Positions 1 through 6,995 of a DNA stretch of 24,000 bases are shown in pieces. The stretch's first letter is position 1; every line of letters starts with the position of its first letter. The translations under genes were made by a program, and so were the position numbers. Source of the DNA: Euzebya sp. (GTDB taxonomy: Bacteria > Bacteroidota > Bacteroidia > Flavobacteriales > Flavobacteriaceae). The notes under the pieces are model-generated. The model searched no databases, was not told the origin of the DNA, and worked only from the letters and a program-made list of their open reading frames with translations. Where the stretch lies: positions 1 to 24,000 of the forward strand of contig CAXPJI010000008.1 of the NCBI GenBank assembly GCA_964217345.1, in the 5' to 3' direction.

Positions 1-1
1 A

Positions 2-619
2 GTAATCCCTGCACTGTCTGAGGAGAATTTTAAAACCCTTTTCTCCATCGAACTTATCGATTTAGAGTCGCATCCAAAACTTAGAGCGCTCGGATACAAA
101 ACGGACATCCAGCGTTTTGAAAGAAGACTCCAACGAAGTAATCTGTTACCCGAAGTCACCCTAGATTATCAGTGGCTATCAGAAACTGACCCGAGTCAAA
201 ATTTCAATCTTGCTTTAGATCCCAATAATAGTACTACGAAACTGAAAGTAGGGCTTCCGCTCTTTTTGCGAAAAGAACGTTCGGCATTGAAGCTTGCCAG
301 TTTAAAACTCCAGGATGCAACCTTAGAACAGGAGCGTGTTTACATCGAACTAAAAAATAAATTAGCCGCACTAAATACAGCCTCAGAATCGCTTTCTCGC
401 CAACGTCTCCTAGCCAACTCCATGGTTATAGATTACACGACGCTCTTTAAAGGAGAACAACAAAAGTTTGAGGCTGGAGAAAGCTCGCTTTTCCTAGTCA
501 ACTCGAGAGAATCAAAGCTCATCGAAGCCACACTGAAGGCCATTGATACCGAAGTGGAGCAAAAAATGGCTTTAGCTGAATTCTACTTCAATTCAACCTT
601 TCAAAGTATCAAGGAATAA
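2..619 (+). CDS. TolC-family outer-membrane efflux protein, C-terminal part (5' end lies outside the window)
   Basis: Frame 2 is open from the window edge to TAA at 617-619. The track ORF 266..619 is only its TTG-initiated tail. The translation (GYKTDIQRFERRLQRSNLLPEVTLDYQW, then long helical segments ending AEFYFNSTF) resembles the second structural repeat of TolC/OprM-type outer membrane factors. Confidence 0.6.
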   Translation, partial: VIPALSEENFKTLFSIELIDLESHPKLRALGYKTDIQRFERRLQRSNLLPEVTLDYQWLSETDPSQNFNLALDPNNSTTKLKVGLPLFLRKERSALKLASLKLQDATLEQERVYIELKNKLAALNTASESLSRQRLLANSMVIDYTTLFKGEQQKFEAGESSLFLVNSRESKLIEATLKAIDTEVEQKMALAEFYFNSTFQSIKE

Positions 620-2162
620 GATAAGTAGAGGCAACCTCTTCAAAAGCATGAAGCTGTTCAGATACCCATTGCTCGTCCTTGTTTAGGAATTCTGCCATGA
701 GCTGAGCAACTACAGGCGCAATTCTTAAGGTTTCCTTCGCATTTAAAAACAAACCTCGGTGTCTTCGAGCTAAAACATCTTCAAGGGTGACAGCCATCTC
801 TTCAGCACACGCCCAATGAACCATGTTTGGACTAATATAAAATGCTTCAGAAAGGGAATCATTCCCGAAAGATAATTCTCGAATTTTTTCAGCATCCGTG
901 CCATAAGCGTGCATAGGATCTGACCAGTCGGCATTATAGTCATATCCGTGAATCGGTAGTAATTCGGTAGAGGATTTTCTCTCGGGTAGTCCCCCAACCG
1001 TAATAGCTGTGTTAATGGTATCCTCGGCTATTTTTCTGTAGGTAGTCCATTTACCTCCCAGGATACTAAGCAGCCCACTAGTACTTACCATGACCTTGTG
1101 GTGTCTCGAGACCTCCTTAGTCGATTCTGAGTCATTGTTTGACGCTGCCAGCGGACGTAATCCAGAAAACACACTAAGAACATCCTCTCTTTTAGGCATA
1201 CGACTCATGTAGGCGCTTGCATTTTCTAATACAAAATCAATTTCTTCTTCAAGGGGCTTTGGCTCAAAATCAATTGAATCAATAGCAGTGTCTGTCGTAC
1301 CCACGACCACGTAATCATTCCAAGGAACCGCAAATAACACTCTGCCATCTGTAGTTTGAGGAACCATAATGGCATGCTTCCCATCTAAGAAAGAGCCGTC
1401 TAAAACCAGGTGTATTCCTTGACTGGGTCGGATACGGACAGGTGTTCCTGGCTGGTCCATTTGAATTACGCTGTCTGAAAAAACCCCAGTAGCGTTGATG
1501 ACCACTTTTGCCTCAATGCTGTAGGTATCCCCGTTTAATGTATCCTTTGCAGTGACTCCCGTAATCATTTCGCTCTCATCCTTAATCAAATCCTCAACAG
1601 AGAGATAGTTTAAAAGCGTAGCTCCATGATTTTCGGCTGTTTGCGCCATTGAAACCGCCATTCGTGCATCGTCAAATTGACCATCATGATAAATTACTCC
1701 ACCACGAAGCCCCTCTTTCTTAACGTTAGGGATAAGAGCCAAGGTTTCTTCTCGGTCGAGTAAAGTACTAGGCCCCAGACCCAATTTACCCGCCATCATA
1801 TCGTAAACCTTAAGGCCTAACCCATAAAAAGGACTATTCCACCAATCATAAGAAGGGATTACAAAACTCAAATCTTGCACTAAATGAGGTGCATTTTTAC
1901 GCATAATTCCACGCTCGCGGAGCGCTTCAATAACGAGTGATATATCGCCGTTCTGCAAATAGCGAACCCCACCGTGTACGAGCTTGGTACTACGAGAAGA
2001 AGTTCCTTTGGCAAAATCGTATTTCTCTAACAATAGTGTTTTGTAACCTCTAGAAGCCGCATCAATTGCCGAACCTATTCCTGAGGCGCCTCCGCCGATA
2101 ATAACAATATCCCAAGGTTTCTTACGCGATTGAACTCGTTTAAGATTTTGAGCGCGATTCAT
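609..2162 (-). CDS. glpD: FAD-dependent glycerol-3-phosphate dehydrogenase (aerobic GlpD type)
   Basis: 517 aa, ATG at 2160-2162. It has an N-terminal FAD fold (DIVIIGGGASGIGSAIDAASRG) followed by TSSRSTKLVHGGVRYL, typical of GlpD, and the size and C-terminal helical domain fit. Confidence 0.88.
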   Translation of the reverse strand: MNRAQNLKRVQSRKKPWDIVIIGGGASGIGSAIDAASRGYKTLLLEKYDFAKGTSSRSTKLVHGGVRYLQNGDISLVIEALRERGIMRKNAPHLVQDLSFVIPSYDWWNSPFYGLGLKVYDMMAGKLGLGPSTLLDREETLALIPNVKKEGLRGGVIYHDGQFDDARMAVSMAQTAENHGATLLNYLSVEDLIKDESEMITGVTAKDTLNGDTYSIEAKVVINATGVFSDSVIQMDQPGTPVRIRPSQGIHLVLDGSFLDGKHAIMVPQTTDGRVLFAVPWNDYVVVGTTDTAIDSIDFEPKPLEEEIDFVLENASAYMSRMPKREDVLSVFSGLRPLAASNNDSESTKEVSRHHKVMVSTSGLLSILGGKWTTYRKIAEDTINTAITVGGLPERKSSTELLPIHGYDYNADWSDPMHAYGTDAEKIRELSFGNDSLSEAFYISPNMVHWACAEEMAVTLEDVLARRHRGLFLNAKETLRIAPVVAQLMAEFLNKDEQWVSEQLHAFEEVASTYLIP

Positions 2163-2164
2163 AA

Positions 2165-2578
2165 TTAAGATTTAAACGAATGTTTGGGTATGGGTGTACC
2201 GTGCGGATCATGACTGAAATTGGCCATCATCTCTTGCATCCGTTTAAAAAACTCCGGATGTTTCACATGTTCTAATTCCTCTGCGATTTCATGAACCTCG
2301 TCTGGATCAAATCCCATGTTTTCTACCAAGAAAGTTTCGATGAGTCGATGTTTAGCCACAATCATTTTCGCGTGCTCCTGTCCTTTTTCAGTAAGGTAAA
2401 TCGGTTTGTAAGCCTCGGTCTTAACTAGTCCTAATTGAACTAAATCCTTGAGCATATTAGACACCGTAGACTTGCTCACTGCAAAGCGCTTGCTCAGTGC
2501 AGTTACAGTAACCCCTTCTTTCTTCTCATTGAAGTGATAGAGTGCCTTTAAATAATTTTCCTTTTCAATGGTGGGCAT
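2165..2578 (-). CDS. DtxR/MntR-family metal-dependent transcriptional repressor (short form, no SH3-like domain)
   Basis: 137 aa with a winged-HTH (LSKRFAVSKSTVSNMLKDL). The metal/dimerisation helix AKHRLIETFL...VHEIAEELEHV aligns by eye with DtxR H79/E83/H98/C102/E105/H106, with Glu at the C102 position as in Mn-type members. It ends 2 nt before the glpD start. Confidence 0.8.
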   Translation of the reverse strand: MPTIEKENYLKALYHFNEKKEGVTVTALSKRFAVSKSTVSNMLKDLVQLGLVKTEAYKPIYLTEKGQEHAKMIVAKHRLIETFLVENMGFDPDEVHEIAEELEHVKHPEFFKRMQEMMANFSHDPHGTPIPKHSFKS

Positions 2579-2639
2579 TGATAGCAGCTTTGAATCTCAA
2601 AATTAAGGATTTAAGACGGCCTTTAAGATGAAGTTATAG

Positions 2640-4028
2640 TTAACTCAGCCTGCTATTGATTCCTAAAAGTGTCTTAAGCGCTTTGAGCTTTCCTTTGTAA
2701 GGGGCGTATCGAAGCGGCAAGTCGAGCCAAGTAGCGCGATATAAAACGGGCTTTTCGCGACTAAATGTATCGAAACCGTACTTACCATGATAACTTCCGT
2801 AACCACTATTCCCTACCCCTCCGAAAGGAAGACTGTTTTCAGCGATCATCATGATGGTGTCATTTACTGCAGCCTGACCGAACGAATAGGTAGTTAAAAG
2901 TTTTTCGGCAAACGACTTGTTCTTAGAAAAAACATAAAAGGCTAGAGGATTCGGATGATTTCTCAGCCACTGGTCCATCTCTTTAGAATTGTTATAGCTA
3001 ATAACCGGTAACACAGGACCAAAAATCTCCTCTTGCATCACCGAAGAATCTCCAGTAACATCCACCAAAATGGTCGGAGAAACATAACACTTATCTTCAT
3101 CCGTTACCCCGCCATAATACACGGTCGCCTCACCAATGAAACGATTCATTCGAGCTACGTGTTTCGGGTGGATCAATCGTCCGTAATCTTCACTTTCTAA
3201 TGCCGATTTACCGTAAGCCTTTTCAATCTGAGCCACCAAAGCCCGAAGTAGGGACTCCTTTACAGACTCGTGCACTAGCAGATAATCTGGCGCAATACAA
3301 GTTTGACCAACATTGAGTAATTTTCCCCAAACAATGCGACGTGCAGTTAATTCTAAGGGAGCAGTTTCATCAATCACACAGGGTGATTTACCTCCTAACT
3401 CAAGGGTACATGGGGTAAGGTATTCTGCAGCCGCTTTGGCAACAATTTTACCTACTCCAACACTACCCGTAAAGAAAATATAATCCCAAGAATGACTCAG
3501 TAGTTCAGTACTCGTTTGCGCATCTCCCAATACCACCGTTACATGCGAAGGATCAAATACTTCTTCTACGATTCTTTTTAATAGCTGACTCGTCTTTTCA
3601 GAGTATTCACTGGGCTTTAGAACTACCGTATTACCAGCAGCAACGGCTGAAACTAGAGGAGTTAGACTGAGCTGAAAAGGGTAATTCCATGGTGCAATAT
3701 GCAACGTCACTCCGTAAGGGTCCTTGATCACTTTTGCCTTCGCGGGAAATGATGCTAAACCTACAGAACGAGATTCAGAAGCACTCCATCGACCCAGATG
3801 TTTAAGAGTATGGGTAATTTCAGACTGAACATAACTAATTTCTGTGGCCACAGATTCAAAAGCAGACTTTCCTAAATCGTCTGCTAGGGCCTGAAGGATT
3901 TCAGATTCATGGCTACTGATCGCAGCCGAAAGTCTTTTCAGCGCGGCTTTTCTAAAAGGGATAGAACGCGAAGCGCCGGCTTCGAAGAACCGGCGCTGCT
4001 TATCGATTATTTCAGCAATTAAACTCAT
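2640..4028 (-). CDS. NAD(P)-dependent aldehyde dehydrogenase, class-3-like
   Basis: 462 aa with the catalytic Glu motif LELGGKSPCVID, the catalytic Cys motif GQTCIAPDY, and FFTGSVGVGK. The length is typical of ALDH3/fatty-aldehyde dehydrogenases. Confidence 0.88.
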   Translation of the reverse strand: MSLIAEIIDKQRRFFEAGASRSIPFRKAALKRLSAAISSHESEILQALADDLGKSAFESVATEISYVQSEITHTLKHLGRWSASESRSVGLASFPAKAKVIKDPYGVTLHIAPWNYPFQLSLTPLVSAVAAGNTVVLKPSEYSEKTSQLLKRIVEEVFDPSHVTVVLGDAQTSTELLSHSWDYIFFTGSVGVGKIVAKAAAEYLTPCTLELGGKSPCVIDETAPLELTARRIVWGKLLNVGQTCIAPDYLLVHESVKESLLRALVAQIEKAYGKSALESEDYGRLIHPKHVARMNRFIGEATVYYGGVTDEDKCYVSPTILVDVTGDSSVMQEEIFGPVLPVISYNNSKEMDQWLRNHPNPLAFYVFSKNKSFAEKLLTTYSFGQAAVNDTIMMIAENSLPFGGVGNSGYGSYHGKYGFDTFSREKPVLYRATWLDLPLRYAPYKGKLKALKTLLGINSRLS

Positions 4029-4048
4029 TGCTCTAAATTAACGAAAAC

Positions 4049-4603
4049 TTAGAAAGCAAGGGTTGCTTCAAGCTTGATATCATCTAAGATTAACTTATCT
4101 CCTAAATTTTCGAAGAATGATCCTGATCTAAAGCGAACATCAAATTTCGCACGGTTAAAGGTCATAGCTGCATTGTAGCCGTTCGCACCATTTGAAGTAA
4201 AATGAACCTCAGCTGGTTGAGTGATTCCTTTGATGGTTAAATCCCCTTTCGCATGAAATGATCCGTCACGAAGCTTAGATACATCCGTTAAGATTAAAAA
4301 AGCTTTCTCGAATTTGTCAATCGAAAAGAAATCATCTGAACTCAGGTGTCCCGCTAACTTATCAGCCCACTCACCGGTAAGGTCTTCAACCTTTAAGGTA
4401 GTCATGTCGATTTCAAAGGCTCCACCGGTGATGTCACCGTTAGACACCTGAAGGTCTGCCTTAGAGAATGAAAGGGATCCGAAATGGGTCTTGCCCGTAA
4501 CATCAGATCCAGACCACTTTAGATTGCTAGAGGCTAGGTTTACATTTTGTGCAGATAGACTGATCGTAAAAACAGCAGTCAGTAATAATAGAATACGTTT
4601 CAT
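4049..4603 (-). CDS. YceI-family periplasmic (polyisoprenoid-binding-like) protein with signal peptide
   Basis: The track ORF starts at a TTG (4642). The ATG at 4601-4603 gives MKRILLLLTAVFTISLSAQ, a clean signal peptide. The YceI-like core is present: GKTHFGSLSF, LAGHLSSDDFFSIDKFEKA, GDLTIKGITQP. Confidence 0.8.
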   Translation of the reverse strand: MKRILLLLTAVFTISLSAQNVNLASSNLKWSGSDVTGKTHFGSLSFSKADLQVSNGDITGGAFEIDMTTLKVEDLTGEWADKLAGHLSSDDFFSIDKFEKAFLILTDVSKLRDGSFHAKGDLTIKGITQPAEVHFTSNGANGYNAAMTFNRAKFDVRFRSGSFFENLGDKLILDDIKLEATLAF

Positions 4604-4668
4604 GGTTTGAATTTTTCTTTTAAAGGTACAAGCAAAATTCAACCCTGTAGGTTAAAAAGCGGAGAAAA

Positions 4669-4684
4669 CTTAATCTAGATTAAG
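4669..4684. repeat. Perfect 16-bp palindrome CTTAATCTAGATTAAG, either a weak intrinsic terminator of the PAS gene or an operator upstream of the YceI gene
   Basis: The sequence is self-complementary. It starts 6 nt past the PAS gene stop (4690-4692). On the minus strand it is followed by the T-rich run TTTTCTCCGCTTTTT. It lies 66-81 nt upstream of the YceI ATG at 4603. The stem is AT-rich and therefore weak. Confidence 0.4.
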
Positions 4685-4689
4685 AAGGG

Positions 4690-5172
4690 CTAGGCTACCT
4701 CTCGCTCGAAAGCGATATAATGAGTGAGGTTGTTTGCTTTATTGTAAAGCGGTACAATCTTAACCTTACATAGGTAGGCCTCACCATTTTTACGGTAATT
4801 GGTAATTGAGGCGGTAAAAGGCTTATTAGTAGAAAGACCTTTGTGAAACTGTGAACGCTCCTCATCTTTAGTACCAGGGCCGTGAAGCATCGTTGGCTGT
4901 TTACCTACAATCTCATAGGCATTGTAGCCGGTCATTTCAGTAAATCCGCCATCTACCCATATCACTTTGTTATTACTATCGCTGATAATAATGGCTTGAT
5001 AATCATTGTAATCTTCGGCAGCAATCTCAATAGGTGTAACCCATGAATAGTTATTGGCAAATCGGGAATATACCTCTTCTAAGTGCTTACCGTTAAGCTC
5101 TTGACAAAGCCTGTGGTAATGTTCTAAAAAGAAGTCTCCAGCAATAAGAGGAAGTGAGCCAGTTGTTGGCAT
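4690..5172 (-). CDS. Stand-alone PAS-domain protein with no output domain
   Basis: The ATG at 5170-5172 is preferred over the TTG at 5178. The PAS core runs from IIISDSNNKVIWVDGGFTEMTGYNAYEIVGKQPTMLHGPGT to ITNYRKNGEAYLCKVKIVPL and THYIAFEREV. Only about 55 aa of N-terminal sequence lies outside the domain. Confidence 0.75.
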   Translation of the reverse strand: MPTTGSLPLIAGDFFLEHYHRLCQELNGKHLEEVYSRFANNYSWVTPIEIAAEDYNDYQAIIISDSNNKVIWVDGGFTEMTGYNAYEIVGKQPTMLHGPGTKDEERSQFHKGLSTNKPFTASITNYRKNGEAYLCKVKIVPLYNKANNLTHYIAFEREVA

Positions 5173-5261
5173 AAACAAAAATTTATTACTGTAAAATTAA
5201 TATATTTTTTGATTGAATCAACTAAATCGCTGATTTTTAGGAAGAAAGAGTCTGTTTCAGA

Positions 5262-5804
5262 TTAGTTTTTAATGAAAAAAAGCTGAATTTCACATCGTAT
5301 TTGAGATTCGATAGGCTTAAACAAAAATCGAGGTAAACGGATTTTTGTCTGACTTAGGTCTACCGTAAAATCACCTCGAATTACATACTCCAATTCATTT
5401 TCATCGTAGTATAAATCGATGGATTGAGGGATTTTATAACCTGAAAGACCAAATTCACCTCTAACATTCAGTGTATCCTTTTTGTTTAACCTTACATCTT
5501 CACTGTAAAACGAAACTTCTGGGAATTCGATGGCATTAAAAATTCTTAACGCATTAGCGTCTCTATTGGTGCTTTTTGAGTCAAAATCAGCCAAATTTGC
5601 TTTAACAGCGATACGATTTGGTGTATTGTTATCGATTTCAATGACTCCTTTAGGCGAGTTATTCACTCCACTCCACTTATGTGCAGGATGCTTCGCATAA
5701 TAAACGATACTTGATTTTTCTGTATCTAACATCAACCGATTTTGGCTGAAAATGGGTCCAGTGAGAAAAAGAAAGGTGAAAAAAAGGGTTGATCTGAGTA
5801 TCAT
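5262..5804 (-). CDS. YceI-like domain protein with signal peptide, last gene of a 3-gene operon
   Basis: 180 aa with signal peptide MILRSTLFFTFLFLTGPIFSQ. YceI-type motifs are present: ADFDSKSTNRDANALRIFNAIEFPEVSFYS and VRGEFGLSGYK. The start overlaps the upstream stop (TAATG on the minus strand at 5802-5806). Confidence 0.7.
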   Translation of the reverse strand: MILRSTLFFTFLFLTGPIFSQNRLMLDTEKSSIVYYAKHPAHKWSGVNNSPKGVIEIDNNTPNRIAVKANLADFDSKSTNRDANALRIFNAIEFPEVSFYSEDVRLNKKDTLNVRGEFGLSGYKIPQSIDLYYDENELEYVIRGDFTVDLSQTKIRLPRFLFKPIESQIRCEIQLFFIKN

Positions 5805-6415
5805 TAATCTAATCTTAAAACTAGGGTGGCGGTTGCAAAAGCACCGACGGCCGTATACGCCGCGGCTCGGTGTAGGGATTTATCTCTCTCTTTGTAGTAT
5901 TGGGTAGCGATCATTGCAGAGAGGTGAACAGTGGCTAGCCATTTATGTGCTCTAGCCCCACTGATTCCTTCTTTTCGTGCACTGATTAGTGGTGGAGGGG
6001 AAAATAATGACAAAGCTGCTCCTGTGAAATAAGAAGCAGTGACAAAATTTCCTAGATCCTCATGAGTGTCCTTTAAATCATAATTACCATTGTAGAGTTT
6101 TCCACCAATAACTCCTTGCGCGATCATTCCTGCAAGAGTTATGTACCCTATCGCCTGGTGAGCAGTTAGCATGGATTTTCTCCATTGGAGCTCCTTAACT
6201 CTTTGTTCTCTCGAAAGTGGAGCGATACCCGTCTTTCGCATCAGACCCTTCTCACCCCAAAGTATTTTCTGCGTAAAGAGCATGCGCTCGGGAAGCAAAT
6301 CATCGGATAAACGGTTTTCTGAAGAATCCGTGGTATCGATTAGCCCAAATAGATCCTCTTGCCCAAAAGATAATTGAGCAGTTATGAGCATAAGAAGAAG
6401 TAATCGTCCTTTCAC
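5804..6415 (-). CDS. Hypothetical secreted/4-TM membrane protein rich in helix-associated histidines
   Basis: 203 aa with a GTG start at 6413-6415 that overlaps the Rieske gene stop by 1 nt; an alternative ATG is at 6391. It has a signal-like N-terminus (MKGRLLLLMLITAQLSFGQ) and four hydrophobic helices. His residues sit in TAHQAIG, DTHEDLG, RAHKWLATVHLS and SLHRAAA. I did not recognise a family. Confidence 0.55.
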   Translation of the reverse strand: MKGRLLLLMLITAQLSFGQEDLFGLIDTTDSSENRLSDDLLPERMLFTQKILWGEKGLMRKTGIAPLSREQRVKELQWRKSMLTAHQAIGYITLAGMIAQGVIGGKLYNGNYDLKDTHEDLGNFVTASYFTGAALSLFSPPPLISARKEGISGARAHKWLATVHLSAMIATQYYKERDKSLHRAAAYTAVGAFATATLVLRLD

Positions 6416-6948
6416 TATTTCTGAATCGTCAATGTTTGATCGGTAATCGATGTGGTATACGAGACGAGTTTACCGGTGGTATTGTTTGATCCACAGCTTA
6501 CCTCTTCACCTTGGTCGGTATTAAAAATATTTCCGTGAACTCCACAGGTAAAGGTATTGTCGTTATTGTAGGTCCAACTATTTTTAGCCCCATTGTGCGG
6601 ACAACAATTATCAAAAGCTAAGATTTGTGAATCTGAGACTCTTAATAAAAGTACTCCAGCATTAAGGATGTTTACGTTTCCACCCACCGTTTCGAGATCC
6701 TTAAAATTATCACTACTAAGGTCAACGGTTACCATATTTCCGTTTACGGTAAAGCCAGAAGTATTTGTATTTCCTTCACCTCCGGTATTGGTGTTATTGG
6801 AGCCATCACCTCCGATTACATTTACCGTACCTGTTCCTTCAGAGGAGCAGGCCTCAAGAAAAGACAAGCCAAACATTGCAAAAACTACTGTCGGACAGGC
6901 TTTCGTTAAGAAGTCTCTTCGCTTGTTTAAGTGTTTTTCTGTTTTCAT
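6415..6948 (-). CDS. Tat-exported Rieske [2Fe-2S] lipoprotein
   Basis: 177 aa with a twin-arginine motif (NKRRDFLTK), a hydrophobic stretch and the lipobox-like LEACSS. A Gly/Asn/Thr-rich linker follows. The Rieske motif is C-P-H-x16-C-G-V-H, read from CCPHNGAKNSWTYNNDNTFTCGVHG. Confidence 0.8.
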   Translation of the reverse strand: MKTEKHLNKRRDFLTKACPTVVFAMFGLSFLEACSSEGTGTVNVIGGDGSNNTNTGGEGNTNTSGFTVNGNMVTVDLSSDNFKDLETVGGNVNILNAGVLLLRVSDSQILAFDNCCPHNGAKNSWTYNNDNTFTCGVHGNIFNTDQGEEVSCGSNNTTGKLVSYTTSITDQTLTIQK

Positions 6949-6995
6949 TGCTTTTATTTTTGTTTAAAGATATTAATAAAAGCTTGAACAGAAAA

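Noticed and set aside
2579-2639. A Rho-independent terminator after the aldehyde dehydrogenase gene. I made similar searches in the gaps 6949-6995, 9189-9236 and 23949-24000.
   Set aside because: Only 4-bp stems (AAGG/CCTT) with long loops were found, and no GC-rich hairpin followed by a T-run. This is not enough to call a terminator.
3972-3997. GC-rich inverted repeat AGCGCCGGCTTC/GAAG-AA-CCGGCGCT near the 5' end of the aldehyde dehydrogenase coding sequence. It forms about 12 bp of stem with a 2-nt bulge.
   Set aside because: It lies inside a well-supported CDS (codons for RRFFEAGASR). I see no partner element or second copy. It could be chance or mild translational tuning, and I cannot support a function.
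4690-5172. The PAS protein as a LOV blue-light photoreceptor. The core is collinear with YtvA/phototropin LOV, with GKQPTMLHGPGT aligning with GKNCRFLQG.
   Set aside because: The adduct-forming Cys is absent (NCRFLQ reads QPTMLH). By eye, the FMN-contacting Arg and the conserved Gln on the last strand are also not conserved. It is better treated as a generic PAS domain.
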